From the NCBI GenBank assembly GCA_963693365.1, contig CAVNZM010000008.1:3377572-3441571 (forward strand): a stretch of DNA of 64,000 nt. Reading direction: 5' to 3'. This document shows positions 1-14,301 of this stretch, piece after piece. This DNA comes from Amoebidium appalachense. Taxonomy: Eukaryota; Protista; Ichthyosporea. Position 1 is the first letter of the stretch. Each line of letters begins with the position of its first letter. The notes below the pieces were generated by a model, which saw only the letters and a program-made list of their open reading frames with translations, ran no database searches and had not been told where the DNA came from. Position numbers and translations under genes: made by a program.

Positions 1-249
1 TTTTTGGGGTGTGTTTTTTTACCCAGGGAGGTTAAATTTGGCATCAGCTAGTAGGTGAGCAGGTGTGTGTGTGCGCGCGTGTTTTGCCCGTGCGTGCACA
101 GCTGTCTGTGCGCGCGCCTGTGTGTGTGTGCGCGCGAGCGCGCGTATGTTTGTGTTCTGTGTGTGTGTGTGTGTGTGTGCACGCGCGCGTGTAGGTGAAG
201 GGAGGAGGGGATCCGGAGGGGCCGGGGGGAGGGGGGGGGGGGGAGGAGA

Positions 250-280
<31 letters not shown>

Positions 281-337
281 AGGGGGAGCTCGAGGGGGGA
301 ACGGGGGGAGGGGCCCGGGGAGCAGCCGTGTCGATAG

Positions 338-1141
338 AACTCGACTTGCTCCGAGCAGAATTATTATCCAAAAAAAAGCGTACAAAATTTAAAGCAAAAA
401 GCGTAGTATTAATCTGCTAGAAGCACTGATTGCACCTTTAGCACCTTAAGCTATAATTAAACTAGGATGCAGCAGTCGCATACTCTTTGGAAGACGGTAA
501 TACTATGAGGGCCCCCTGGAGGGGTCCCTCCGGTAACAATGGGATTATTTATAAAAAAAAAAAAATAATAATAAATAAAATAAAAAAAAACTGCTCAAAG
601 CGGAATTATCAGTACTCAGCAACTATTTTCCCAATATATATGCTCGCCGTGGCCGGGGTACAGTAGTAACCCTGGGCAAAGTGTGTACTTAGAGTTAGGA
701 TTGTGAATGAATGATGGGTTTAGCTTCGCTGAGCACATAGATAGCAACCTATGTAACTGGTGTACTGTCGGTGCTGTTTGGTAGACGGTAGTTTCCCTAG
801 AGGCCCTGCAGAGGTCCTCCGGGAACAAAACGTTAAAAAAATAAAAATAAAAAAATAAAAAATAAAAAAAAGAACCAAATCCAGATATTCTGCTTGGAGC
901 AAGTTTATACTGCTGCCGTGAGTAGAATAGTCCTGTTTTTTGTACGGAATGATCATATTACAGCAGAATAGGCACAAATGGAATATATCACCTGTTCAAG
1001 GCAAAACTTCTGCTCCTGTACAATAACTCTGCTTTTGGCTGAATACTTCTCTTGTTTGCAGAATAATTCTGCTCAGAGCATAACTGTTGTTTCTGCCGAT
1101 GTGGTTGGACCCTTGGGGGGGGGGGAGGGGGGGGGGGGGAA

Positions 1142-1186
<45 letters not shown>

Positions 1187-1845
1187 GACACAAAGCCTGG
1201 GGCTTCGTAGGAGCTCTAAATAATCAAGGATTACTCAAAACTTCACCCTGAATCGACTGCCACACAATATGTATTTCGTGGCTGAGGTGAATACCCTGGG
1301 CAAAGTGTGTGCAAATAGTTAGGATTGTTTAAAGGTGTGTTAGCTTAGCTAATAATACCGGAGCACCATAGCTAGAGTACAACACTGTCAGTGCTGGGTG
1401 GAAGACTGTAGTTCCCCCTGAGGGCCCAAGAGGTCCCTCCGGGAACAAAACGGGATAAAAAAAAAACAAAAAAAAACATGTATTTCATCCATGTGTGCTG
1501 CAGGATCTTTCCCCGGGCCTCCCCCCCCCCCCCCCCCCCTCCCCCCCCCCCCCCCAAAAACCCCCCTCCTCCAACTCCCGTGCTCTTCCTACAAATGATC
1601 AAACAACTATCGTAGACATCCACCGTCCCCTCCCTCCTCCCCCCCTTTCCTCCTGTTAGACAAGCTGGAGCGAATCCCCGGGGCTATGCACGTACTGTCT
1701 CGTTGTTTTTCGGGTAACAGTTACGTAATTTCGGTGCCCCAATCGTAAAATTGTACTGTATCAATAAACATACGCCAAGTGGTCTGTGGGTTACAATCTG
1801 TGCATTACTGGAAGACAGTAACTATCCTCCGGTGGCAAAATGGGG
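338..1845. repeat. Cluster of diverged direct and inverted repeat modules ending in a hairpin plus an A-run
   Basis: GG(A/T)AGAC.GTA..GAGG(G)CCC..G(A/G)GGT(C)CCTCCGG(G/T)AACAA at ~489-540, ~780-832, ~1399-1452 and partially ~1809-1840. CCCTGGGCAAAGTGTGT...AGTTAGGATTGT shared at ~670 and ~1294. Module GCTC.GAGCAGAATTATT at ~347 recurs inverted at ~886 and ~1062. Confidence 0.65.
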
Positions 1846-3759
1846 GTACATAGAAGTTAATGGATCTCATCATCCCCCCATCCCTCCACCACCCCACGGC
1901 CACTCACGATTTTTGTAACCCCCTAGGCCTCCTCCCCTTCCCGACCCCCCGGCCATACTTACACACCCAAACACGAAGCCATAGTAAGGAAAAGGAAAGC
2001 CTTAGTAAGAAAACTTAACCATAGGTTCTGTTTATATGAAAAGAAGAGCAGGATAGATTGGGGAAGATAAATTGGAGCCGGGCAAGGGTGGGTGTGTGTG
2101 TGTGTGTGTGTGTGCACAGGGGAAGGGGGGAGAGGGGGGTTGGGGGGGGGGGGGGGGGGGGGGGGGGGAGACACTATTACTCGGAGGGAAGCTGAGACCG
2201 AGAGCTAAGAGAGGTAAAAGCAAATGACCTCCAGCACTAAAGTTTGAACTAGCACAGAAAATTAGGCCGGCACGTACGTTTCTTCATTATCAAATACCTC
2301 AGACACACCGTCGAGATATGATGCAAGCACTGTTACAATCACACACAGCCTCAGACCCGTTGACACGCACATTCCTGAGCGCAATGCTCTCATTGTTTGA
2401 CATATTTTTTCCTCCTTCCCTCCCCCTCCCCTCCCCCCCTCCCCCCCCCCCCCCCCCCCTCCCCCCGCCTTGTCAGAATATACAACAATAGTGCACGAGT
2501 TGGCATATGCATTTCGCACGCACGTGCACAGCACGATTCTTCATTAGTTGCACATCTTTGGCTTACCCAGGTTGCACGAGCACATAGCATACATAGTTAC
2601 TCCGATCGTTTATTTGTGCTTTTAAATATCTCCCTTTATTTCATAAGCATGTCCGGCATGCTCTTGTTTGACATCTGTTATTCATTAGGCACGTTTGGTA
2701 TTCATAGTCTGTTAAGTTATTGGCGATACCGAGAGGAAAGCACGCATCCGACGGTTGTTGTGCATGCTTTTCGTGTTTTCTGTGTAGTCGGGTGTTTTGT
2801 ATGCGTTTGGACGCCTCCGTATAGGGGAATGCAGTTTGATTTCTGTTCATGTACGTGTCGTTATATGATTGGTCAGATTTATAGTATTCATAGTGTTTGC
2901 CAATCAGATGCGCAAATACCTTTGGATAGATCTGTATTCATGGAATCTGCCTGCGGCAGATAAATAGGCCGGTGAGAATCGAGCATAATAAATCAGACAT
3001 AGATTGACAGAACATGCAACTGTGTTTCTACCTCTCCACACTACCCTCTCTTTTAGTGCTGTGGCATCGTGCACTGCCCAGCACCACTCTGCAGGTGTTT
3101 ATGTCTGTTAGTTTAGTGGCCTGATCACCCACGTATACTCTCATTCATATGCATGTGTGCCTAAAAAAAACAAAAAATAAAATAAAATATGTATGTGTGC
3201 CCAGGTACGTGTTAGTTGTAGTGTGTACACTCTGCTAGTCAGGCGAGAATAGTAGTGACTTTTGCCATAAGTCAGCACTTTTCTTGCACCCCCCTCACCC
3301 CTGCCCCCCCAACCCCACCCTACCTCACCCCGGCTCTTGCGGAGAGTTTCCCCATCCCTCCCCCTAGTATTTTTTTGCCTATTTTATTCGTCCTCTCTGT
3401 CCCCCACTGGCATTCCAGAATGTCCTTCGCCCCTCCCTCCCCCTCTGAGACTCTCTAACTTTTAGGGCAATGTATTTGTAATCAACTATAGGGGGGCTAT
3501 CATAAGACCTCCTCAAACACTTTTACACCACTTGTACATTTACCCATCTATTTTTGTTAGCCAGAGCGTATTATTTCTACCTCTTACATACTGTATGTAC
3601 TCAAGTTTTTGGGCCATGATAACTTATCATAACGCTTTCAAATAGTTTGTCAACGAAACCAAACCGTAGTCTGCACGGTGAACCTGCTTTGTTTAGGCAC
3701 AGCTAAACATCCCCCCCTCCCCCCTCTTCTCCCCCCCCCCCTCCCCCCCCCTTGGGCAT

Positions 3760-3991
<232 letters not shown>

Positions 3992-4902
3992 TCACTCTCA
4001 CACAACAGAGTATTCGATGACTATTATGATCAATAACTAAGATCCCAGGTGGTCTTTCTGAGCGCCCACATTATCCCTCCTTTACGAGCTTTTTGCCCAC
4101 CCTTCTATTGTAAGGTTGATTACCGACCCAAGAAATTTTCCCTTTAGCGGGCCCTGCTTTGCCATGTGCAGATCTATTGCCATCCACGCACGGGAGGAAA
4201 TTAACTTGATGATTTTTCTGGAACTGTTCGCAAAAAGTTGGCATGCTGTAAGCAGTAAGTCAACAGTTCCCGCCGCTAGGTATTGTTTCACTGAATCGTG
4301 CAACGACATAACTTGTACACCCCACAGCCCCCCCCTCCCCCCTTCGTCCCCCGGCCTCCCCTCCCTCCGCCCCTCCTTCCTCCCGCCTGCCCATTTCTCC
4401 CTATAACACATGCCTCCGGGCAGCCGCACCCACTGTTTTTCCTGTGAAATTTCCTGTTTCACCTCTAACCATTGGTTTAGGTTGCAACGTCATCCCCAAT
4501 CCCTCCAATCCCTCGTTTCCACCACCTCTAGTCGTCACATCTTCCCTTCACCCATCCTGTCTCGAAAACTACAGTATCATTCGGTTTTAAAAGGGTCCCT
4601 TTGTGAGATTGTGTGTTGATGATTTATCAAGGAAGCCCTCGTGTATGGGGCCACCGGTTGGGAAAGAAGGGTGACAGCGGATGAGGGCGGGGCGGAGGGG
4701 GAGGGGGGCATGAGGGAGGGGGGGAGGGCGGGAGGGGGGAAGGGTGGGGTTTCAATGATTTGAATTTGTACAAAGAAACTGCCTTTTCGGCCATTGTGTG
4801 ACGGTGTGTGATCTGTAAAGGAGGATGTCATGATCAGGTGCACTTCCTGGACGGGTTAACGTTGTGGCTGAGTTCTTTGGTGTGATTGTGTGCGTGTCTG
4901 TC

Positions 4903-5463
<561 letters not shown>

Positions 5464-5549
5464 CGGCAAGTGACGGCGATTCCCGTGGCAGCCGCTAATA
5501 TTAGCTCAGGGCATTTGTTGCTCAAGAATGCGGCGCGCGCAAATAGCGG

Positions 5550-5625
5550 ATTGGCTACTTAGTAATGAATTGGCGAATAATGATTGGTTTACGTAAGGAG
5601 TCTAGATTTAAACGCTTATGATTGG
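5550..5625. promoter_or_regulatory. Cluster of four reverse CCAAT boxes (ATTGG) ~500 bp upstream of the GH114 gene
   Basis: ATTGG at 5550, 5569, 5583 and 5621 in microsatellite-free DNA. Clustered CCAAT boxes are typical NF-Y/HAP sites; function here is inferred. Confidence 0.45.
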
Positions 5626-6111
5626 ACAGGACAGAAGTGATAACAGGGGTAAATTCTTGCACAAACAGCGTTTTTATTATAATGTAGAATCAGTACGTAC
5701 GTGGCTGTGATTGTATCGCTACTACACGCCGAAATTCATATGCACATATCCAAAAAATCTACTGCATAAACATTTCGATCGATAAAGATTACAAAAGTAT
5801 TTAATTTTATGCACTGGCTATGTCCTAGTAGCACGACGCCAGGGACAAACTTTTGGGCTTTCTGTGCCCCAGACGCCGCCAGTCATCGGTCACAATGTGT
5901 CTTGACCGACACCCCCTGCATATTTTGCTTCGCTCGTGGCTCACCCAGTGCCTTCATATATAAAGTTGCTTTTTGAAACAGAACCGCCGTTCGAACTAAA
6001 AACACGCAACCCGTCTCGTTTCTGTGATCGTTCGAACGTTCGACGAAAAAACGAAAAAACAAAACATAGAGGGAAGTTCCTTTCTTGGCGCTAGAGTGTC
6101 TAAAAACGAAA

Positions 6112-9100
6112 ATGACATCTGCCACAGCTGACCCCGGGGTGGTACCACCCTCAGAAAAGGCGCTCAAAAAGTCACCTAATTCCTGTCTAGCGTCACGAAA
6201 GAACAAACTCATTGTTGGCGCTGTTGTTCTTATTACTGCAGCCATTGCACTCGTTCTCGGTCTTTGGGGAGCTGGCGTTTTCAAATCCTCCAGCAGTTCT
6301 CTCGCAGGTTCCCAAGCAACAACCGGAGAGGCTCAAACCGGTGGCAGTGGGGATGTGGCAACACAGACATCGTCAACAACGGCTCCGACTACCACTGCAA
6401 ACGCTGGACCCACCAACTTCCTCTATTCGTATACCTACGCTGACAACGTTGACACGAGCAAAATCGCTCCTGACTTTGACTATGTAAACAAGGCACTTTT
6501 CACCCCGTGGAGTGAGTGGAAGGCAAAATGTGGGAACGGAAAGTGTGAGGAAGGAGAATGGTGCAGGACATGCCCACAAGACTGCCCTTGCACAACAAAT
6601 TGTGGTATGTTGATCCGGAGGTTCGAGTTTTTGAAAGCATGCTCTTTCCTTATAAAAACTCGTTTCGTTTCTAAGAACGAGCTCACATTTACGCTTGGAA
6701 AAACGTACACGTTCTTTTGTTAAAAGATCCCAAAACGCCCAGGTTTTGGCCTTCGAAATATAGGACTGACCATTCCTGAGCATGCTTTCGCACGGTTCAA
6801 GAACCTTTTTCTCATCCACAAGATGCTGATTGAGCACGCGAACAGCTGGCTTTTTGGTTAATCTTCTGTGAACACCGTGGGTATGGTATACGTAATTGTT
6901 CTAAGGTTGTCGTTTTTTGCACGTAGGTCAACCGTCAACCACTGGGCAAGTCTTTGTTTCACTTGCCCATAGTAGCCCCATGTCTACTTTGAGCACCCAA
7001 GAAGAAGCACGAATAGCCAATACAGGTTCAATGTCTTTGCACATCTAGCTATTATTCCCAGACTCACATTACTGGAAAACGGGGATGTGATTTCTTGATT
7101 TCTTTCTGCCTTGTGCATTTCCAGCAGCCAAACGAACTTGAAGCTTGGTTAAGTTTGATGAATTTTTTAATGTCAGGTTAGAGATTTCTGCTCACTGAAG
7201 TGTTTTTATTTCACTCTGGAACATTCGTGCTTTTGAGTAACATGCCTGAATTCTCCAGGAAACGGCCTGTGTGAGGATGGTGAGAACGGCCCAACCTGCC
7301 CACAGGACTGCACCCATGATGTTGGTACGTGTCTGTGTTGTGTGACGGAGTTTTCCAGACTTGATGGCCCCAACCACCGCTAAAGACTAAGAAACAAGCA
7401 CTGCACTGCTGGGGGGAGTAGGTATAGGTGGTGGTTACTACATGTTATGGGAAGAGGCTATGCGATAAGAGTGGGTGTATCTTGGCTGAAACGCCAAGCA
7501 AGCTCAGCACCAGCTGCATTTATTCGAGTAATGCCTACTGATTCAACATGTGATACACCACCCTTAGTGAAGTCTACTGCCGTGAAAGTAAATAGCATGC
7601 CTGTGAACACTCGGCTTTGCTGGTTTGTTTTCTGCGCTACTAACAAAGCTCTTCTGCGCCCCGACAGCTGTGTGTGGAAACGGGAAGTGTGAAAACAACC
7701 AAGGAAACCAGAAATACTGGATTTATCGGTACGAGTCATCCTACAACTGCCCTCAGGACTGTCCCCTCAACGAAACATGTGGCAACGGCAAATGTGAGCC
7801 CACTGAAAGTTGCTGGACGTGTGAGAAGGACTGTGGAAAGGTGCCCCCCCTCCCCCCCCCCCCTCCCCCCCCCCTGCCCCTTCCCTCCGGGGTTGCCCCC
7901 TCGTGTTTGCTTGATATCATTGCCTATGAAAACATACGGCTCAAGGTGAATCTTGCTAACTTATTAAGGAGGCAAATTCTAGTTGGAATTCTTGTTGAGG
8001 AAGACAGTGCACCTGCCAAATGCTCGTGAAATGCAGTCACTTGCACTTTGGTGTCATCAAAAATTCTGACTTTTGTGTTGAACAAGCTTCCTTTTCCCTT
8101 TTGCCCCCCCCCCCCCCCCCCCCCCCCCTCCTCCTCCATTTTTTTTGGTGGGGGGGGGGGGGGGGGGGGGGGGGGGGTATGGGATGGAGTAGTGGGGTGG
8201 ATGGGTGGGGTGGGGGGGTGGGTGGGGGGGTAGGGGGGTGGAAGCAGGAGAAGTTGAACAGAGTACGCCATTGGGGAGAGGGGGGAAGGAGGGGGGGGGG
8301 GGGGGGGGGGGGGGGGATCGAGAAGAGCACTTTGATGGTGTATTCCCACACAGCAGAAGTCGCATACACCCAAGAACGTGAACATACCCCTGTTAACCCA
8401 GAAGATGCTAACTAACCGTTCACAAATGCAGTGCGCCCCCGTTTGTGGAGATGGCGCTTGCAACGGCAACGAAAACTGTCAGACTTGCCAGCGCGACTGT
8501 GGCTACTGCGACATCAAGAATGGGGATGGGCGATGCGACTGGCCCCGCGAGAATCCCGATAACAGCCCACAGGACTGCACCCCTGCACCAATGAACAACT
8601 TCACCTGGGAAGGTACTGACCAGCATTGTTTTCAAATTTCTTGAATGTACTACAACCACACAAGCTGTGGATTTGGTTTATGTTGTGTGTTTGTTGAGGC
8701 TATGCCTAGGTCTAGAAGCTGCAATATTTTTGTCCGTCCGAGAGACTCTTGAACATGGAGTGTTTAGCTTCTAGAGCAGTTCACGTCGTGTAGGTATGCA
8801 CTTCTATTGACTTACAATGTCTTGAATTCCTCAAACCATTTCAGAGTGCTGATTTGGTGCTGACCATTTGCCCTTTGCACCACAGGTGTCATGTATGCAA
8901 CCATCGATAACAGTGACCCCAAGCCGGGTGTGGGCTTTGGCAACACCGACTGCAACCTAACACCACTTCCTCTCCCACGTGGTTGGAAGGTAGAATCTTA
9001 CTCTATGCCCTCCCCCCCCCCCCCCCCCCCCCTTCCCCCCCCAACCCTCCCCCTCGGTGCGGACCTCCCCTCCCTTATGATCATTTCACCCAACCCCTCT

Positions 9101-9194
9101 CCCCTGCCATCCTTCCCCCAACTTTGCGCCCACGAAGGCCAACCCCCCCCCCCCCCCCCCCCTCCTTACCCCCCCAAACACACACACACACACA

Positions 9195-9268
<74 letters not shown>

Positions 9269-9299
9269 CCCTCCTACTGTTTCTCCTCCCCCCCCCAAC

Positions 9300-9346
<47 letters not shown>

Positions 9347-10676
9347 CCCCCCCCCCCCCCCAAAAAAAAAAGAAAAAGAAAAGAAAAGAAAAGAAAGGAA
9401 GGAAGTCAATCGGCAACTAGGTTGACGTCGCACATCATGATGAATAATTTGATAATTTGGACAGTTCGGGGACTTGAATGGACAGTTCGGGGACTTGAAT
9501 GGTGGATCACCTCCTAGCTGCTTAGCAATGTGTTAGCTTACAGGCAAACTATGGCTCTTAAGGGCTCCCTCTAATGTTTGTAACCACAGATTACCATCTA
9601 CAACAACCAAACCGATGCAATGCTCAAGAGCGGCAAGGTCGGCTTCAAGACCGGCTGTGGTGTGTTTGAGGGTGGCTTTAGCCGGCCCATGAATGCAAAG
9701 GAGACAGCGGCAAAGGACTGTGAAGACAACTTCATCATGGTGACGAATGTAAGAACCCTTTAATTGGCTACTCATTCACAGCCCCCTTATTTCCATTCTC
9801 TCGTCCACGTTACTCATTTTAATACCAGACTACCGGCATAAAAGTCCCTTATTCCCGCTATTCGTTTGCCACACCAACTTATGTTCTGTATAATAGCAAA
9901 CATGACCTACTTTCACAGTTGTTTCCGAGATTTCCTTTCCCATTTTACCTGGCCGACCATCAGTGCCTTTATGCTGTGATATGTATGTTACTTACAATCT
10001 TCGCTGAGACCGAAACCTCAACCCCCCCCCCCCCCCCCCCCCACCACCACCACCACCAACACCACCACCCGGGGGCGCACGTTGATAACGATGCATTCCA
10101 CCCATCAAGGGCTAATGTACACATACACGGAAGCAGACATGCCCATGCACGCATATTCAAACACATCGGCAAACAAACAGAAACACACACACACACGCAC
10201 ACATGCACATACCATCAAGCAACAGTGTGTGTATGAGAACCTTTTACATCGTTGTCAAATCAATCTCCCCAAGCTAACAACTGCGACGGCAGGTAAACGG
10301 TGTTGACCAATACTCGCTGAGCAAGGACTTCTGCCCATCAAAGATCGTCATCATGTCCATCGCAAGGTAAATGCAACTTCCTAAGTCTTCCTTGTAACGA
10401 GTCATTCGGTACAACTCAGGGAGTTATACCGAATGACTCACAAGGAAGACTTCTCAGGTAACCAAAATCTTGTAATCCGAGTTGATGTTTGAGTCTGACT
10501 ACTGTGTGGTTCACTATTTCTTCCCATATACTAGCATGCAATTCTTGTTTCAAACATGTAATCTCAATTGACACTTCCTCCCCTCCCTCTCTACCTGTCC
10601 GGGCTTCTTGCTCCGTCTCCTTCCTCCACCCCCTCCTCCTCCCCCCATCCCCCCCCCCCCCCCCCCCCCCCCAACT

Positions 10677-10717
<41 letters not shown>

Positions 10718-11285
10718 GTCCCTCCGTGCCCACAGTGCACTCAAGGCCCTGCCAGCCGAAGCCAAGAAGAAGTGTCCGTTTGACTGCTCTGGCCATGGTG
10801 CCTGTGACGTGTTCAGCGGCCTCTGCACGTGCAACGGTCGCTGGACTGGCCCTGGCTGTGAGCGCGTTATTGGGGTGAGTTGCCCTGTAGTCTTATTGGT
10901 AGCCCATGTTGTACTTTTACCAGGCAACAACTGACAGGAGCTGCACGCAAGCCCCCTTTGAAAAGGTAGGCCCACAAAACATTTCATCGCTGAGACATGG
11001 GTTATCGATGTTCACTTTACAATCGTGAATCGATATGCCCCCCCTCCCTCCTCCCGTTACACGTTCCTTTCTTCTCTTCTTTCATAGTTTCTTCTCTTCT
11101 TTCCCATCCATCCCCCCTCCCCCCCCTCCCCCCCCCCCCCCCCCCCCATCCTCTCCCCCCCCCCCCATCCCCCCCACCACCACCACCACCACCCCACCAC
11201 CACCACCACCACCCCACCACCACCACCACTCACACACCCACTCACAATTCTACCCATCTGAGCCATACTGTTAATCCTCACTAAG

Positions 11286-11329
<44 letters not shown>

Positions 11330-12058
11330 ACCCACCCAACCAACCAACCCCCCCCTGCCCTCCCTCTCCATACCCCCCCCCCCCCCTCCCCCCCCCCCCC
11401 AAAAAAAAAACTTTTAATAACCACCCTTCCACCCGCACCTTCCCTTACCCACCGACCCGCCCACACACCCACACACCCACACACCTGCACCCAAAAACCC
11501 TATCCCTTTCTCCTTCCCATGTGCAGGACCTGCAAATCCCCAAGAGCACGGACACGTGGTATAAGCCCGTCAAGGGGATCAAGTGGCAGTGGCAGCTCCA
11601 GCAGACGGTGGACATGTCGTTTGATGTCCCCCTCTACGACATCGACTTTGACAACAGTGCAGCTACTATTGCCAAACTGCACAAGCAAGGGAGGAAGGTC
11701 ATGTGCTACTTCAGCGCAGGCTCGTGGGAGAACTTCAGGCAGGACCAGGCCCTGTTCCCACACGAGTTCATGGGCAAGTACCTCAACTTTGGCACGGGTG
11801 ATGACTTCAAAGACGAGAAGTAATTGCTTATTCCCTCCCCCCTCCCCCCTCCCTCCCTCAAACACACACACACAAGCATGCACGCTCACTCACTCATACT
11901 CTCTTCTCTCTTACATAACCACACACATCCATAAAAACACACACCCCACATAACACACCCCCACATAACTACCCCCACGACCGCCGCCACTCCACTCCGC
12001 ACACGTAACCACAATTCTCGGCTTAACCACATCCCCTCTCCCCTTCCTCCCTCCCTCC

Positions 12059-12094
<36 letters not shown>

Positions 12095-12825
12095 ACGCCC
12101 CAGCCCCAGCCCGGTCGCAGCCCGTCCTTTTCCCTCCATGTGCCCCTTAGAACCCACCCTGCTCGACTACTTCCTACTGCTTTTACATCAGCACTCATGC
12201 GCACAGGTCACTTCGTCTGAGTTATTGATTGCATGTAGTGCCTAGCATCATACCAAAAGCACTATCACTCGTCGCGCGTGATGTCGCACACATCGATGCT
12301 AACCCCAAACTCTTCTCCTGTCCAGGTGGCTGGACCTGCGGCGCATGGACGTGTGGTCGATGCTGATGCTCAACCGCATCGACCAGGCCAAGCGCAAGGG
12401 CTGCGACTCGATCGAGTTTGACAACCCTGACGTCATCATCCACGACCACGGCATCAGCGGCCCTCAGACCCTCAACCTGCAGCTGGTCTACAACAAGGTA
12501 CTCTCTTCACCACTTCATCACTGTGTGTGCTTTGGTGACCCTAAATTATGATGTGTTGTGTGTGTGTTTTTGCATCAAAACTCAAACGCTCAGAGTCCTT
12601 CCCCACCCCCCCTCACCCATACACCAATGACACACCTTAACCTTTCTCCTCTCTACCCCATTCTCTCTCTCTTCCCTCCCCTCCCCCCCCCCCTCCTCCC
12701 CCCCCGGCCCGCCCCTCATTCCCCCTGCCTTCCCACGACTCCCCTTTCCCCACCCCCCAATCCCCCATCCCTCCTTCAGAAGCACCGAACACCTTATAGA
12801 CCCAGCCAAGGAGCCTTCCCCAGCC

Positions 12826-12866
<41 letters not shown>

Positions 12867-13539
12867 CGGGGCGCAAAAAAGAAAATAACACCACTCACAG
12901 CAACACCAAACAGCAACACAAAAAAAATTTCTCACAAGGGTTTCCTTGCACATATGTTAAAACAATCCCGCACCGGCTTGCCTAATACGCTCTGCCAAAA
13001 GAACAAAAAAATAACAAGAAGGCGTGCCGGGAAAGGAAAACCCCACGAAAGAATACATGTTTTTGTGAAACTGAGCTGCAGGCTCGACACCTCCAGCTGC
13101 TGCTATGATCGAATCACTACAGCACTAATAGCCATATCTTTTTGAAGAAAAAAAAGCCCAACCACTCTTACTGAATATCCTTTTGCAGTGGCTGGTTGCT
13201 CAAACGCATGCCCGTGGCATGGCCGTGGCGCTCAAGAACTCCAACGAGTTTGCGTCGTACCTCTACGAGACCTATGACATGGTCGTCAACGAGGAGTGCT
13301 GGGTCAACGGTAAACCCCCCCACACACACCCATCCACCCACCCTGCGTTGATCGTTTCCACTCCTCTTTGCCACCGTTTGGCTTCCTGTTCTCCCCAACC
13401 CATCATCGAGTCGTCCTTCCCTGCATGTATCGCTCCTCCTATCCCCTCCTCCCCCCTTCCCTTCGGCTTGTTTCTTCCATAGACCCTTTCGTCATCCCCT
13501 CCAACCCCTCCCCCCCCCCCCCCCCCCCCCCCCCATTCA

Positions 13540-13570
<31 letters not shown>

Positions 13571-14002
13571 CCCCCCCCTCCCCCCCCCCCCCCCCCTCCC
13601 CCTGGCACTCGAAAAAAGACAACCAAAAGCTCATCACTTAAGACCCTTAGGCGCGGTGGTGTGCATGATAGCTTCATTGGCGTTCTTTCTTGCTTCATTG
13701 GCGTTCTTTCTTAACACCTGACTCAGCACGAGCTAACATGATTGCTGTGCAGGCAACTGCGACAACTACTGGGCATTCATCCACGCCAACAAGCCCGTGC
13801 TCAACTGCGAGTACTTCACGGCCAGGTGCATGTACTGCGATCGCTCCATCAAGATGGGCTTCAGCACAATCAAGAAGGTACGAGGTACCCCTGTGAGCTG
13901 CTACTTGCTCTCGGTTTTCCCTTCCCATTTATTTCACTCAAGGGCTGTCGCTGTGTAGATACCGCACCTGTCCCCCCCCCCCCCCTCCCCCCCCCCCCCC
14001 TC

Positions 14003-14050
<48 letters not shown>

Positions 14051-14241
14051 AGGGTCCTCTCCCTTTCCCATCCCCTCGGGCCCTCACCCACCACCACCAC
14101 CACATACCATCGGACACAAGTCACACTGAAAAAAAGACTCTCATGGACGTTGAAAAACACAGGCACATTTAAGTCCCCCCCCGTCTCCCCCTCCCCTTCC
14201 CCCCCCTCCCTCCTCCCCCCTCCCTCCCTCCCCGTTCCCCT

Positions 14242-14301
<60 letters not shown>

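Noticed and set aside
1955-1965. ATACTTAC resembling the U1 snRNA 5' end
   Set aside because: No CTGG continuation or U1 stems; it is the reverse complement of a GTAAGTAT donor.
4082-4860. Possible exons (open frames on both strands, LVYGATG motif)
   Set aside because: No recognisable homology and no consistent splice chain.
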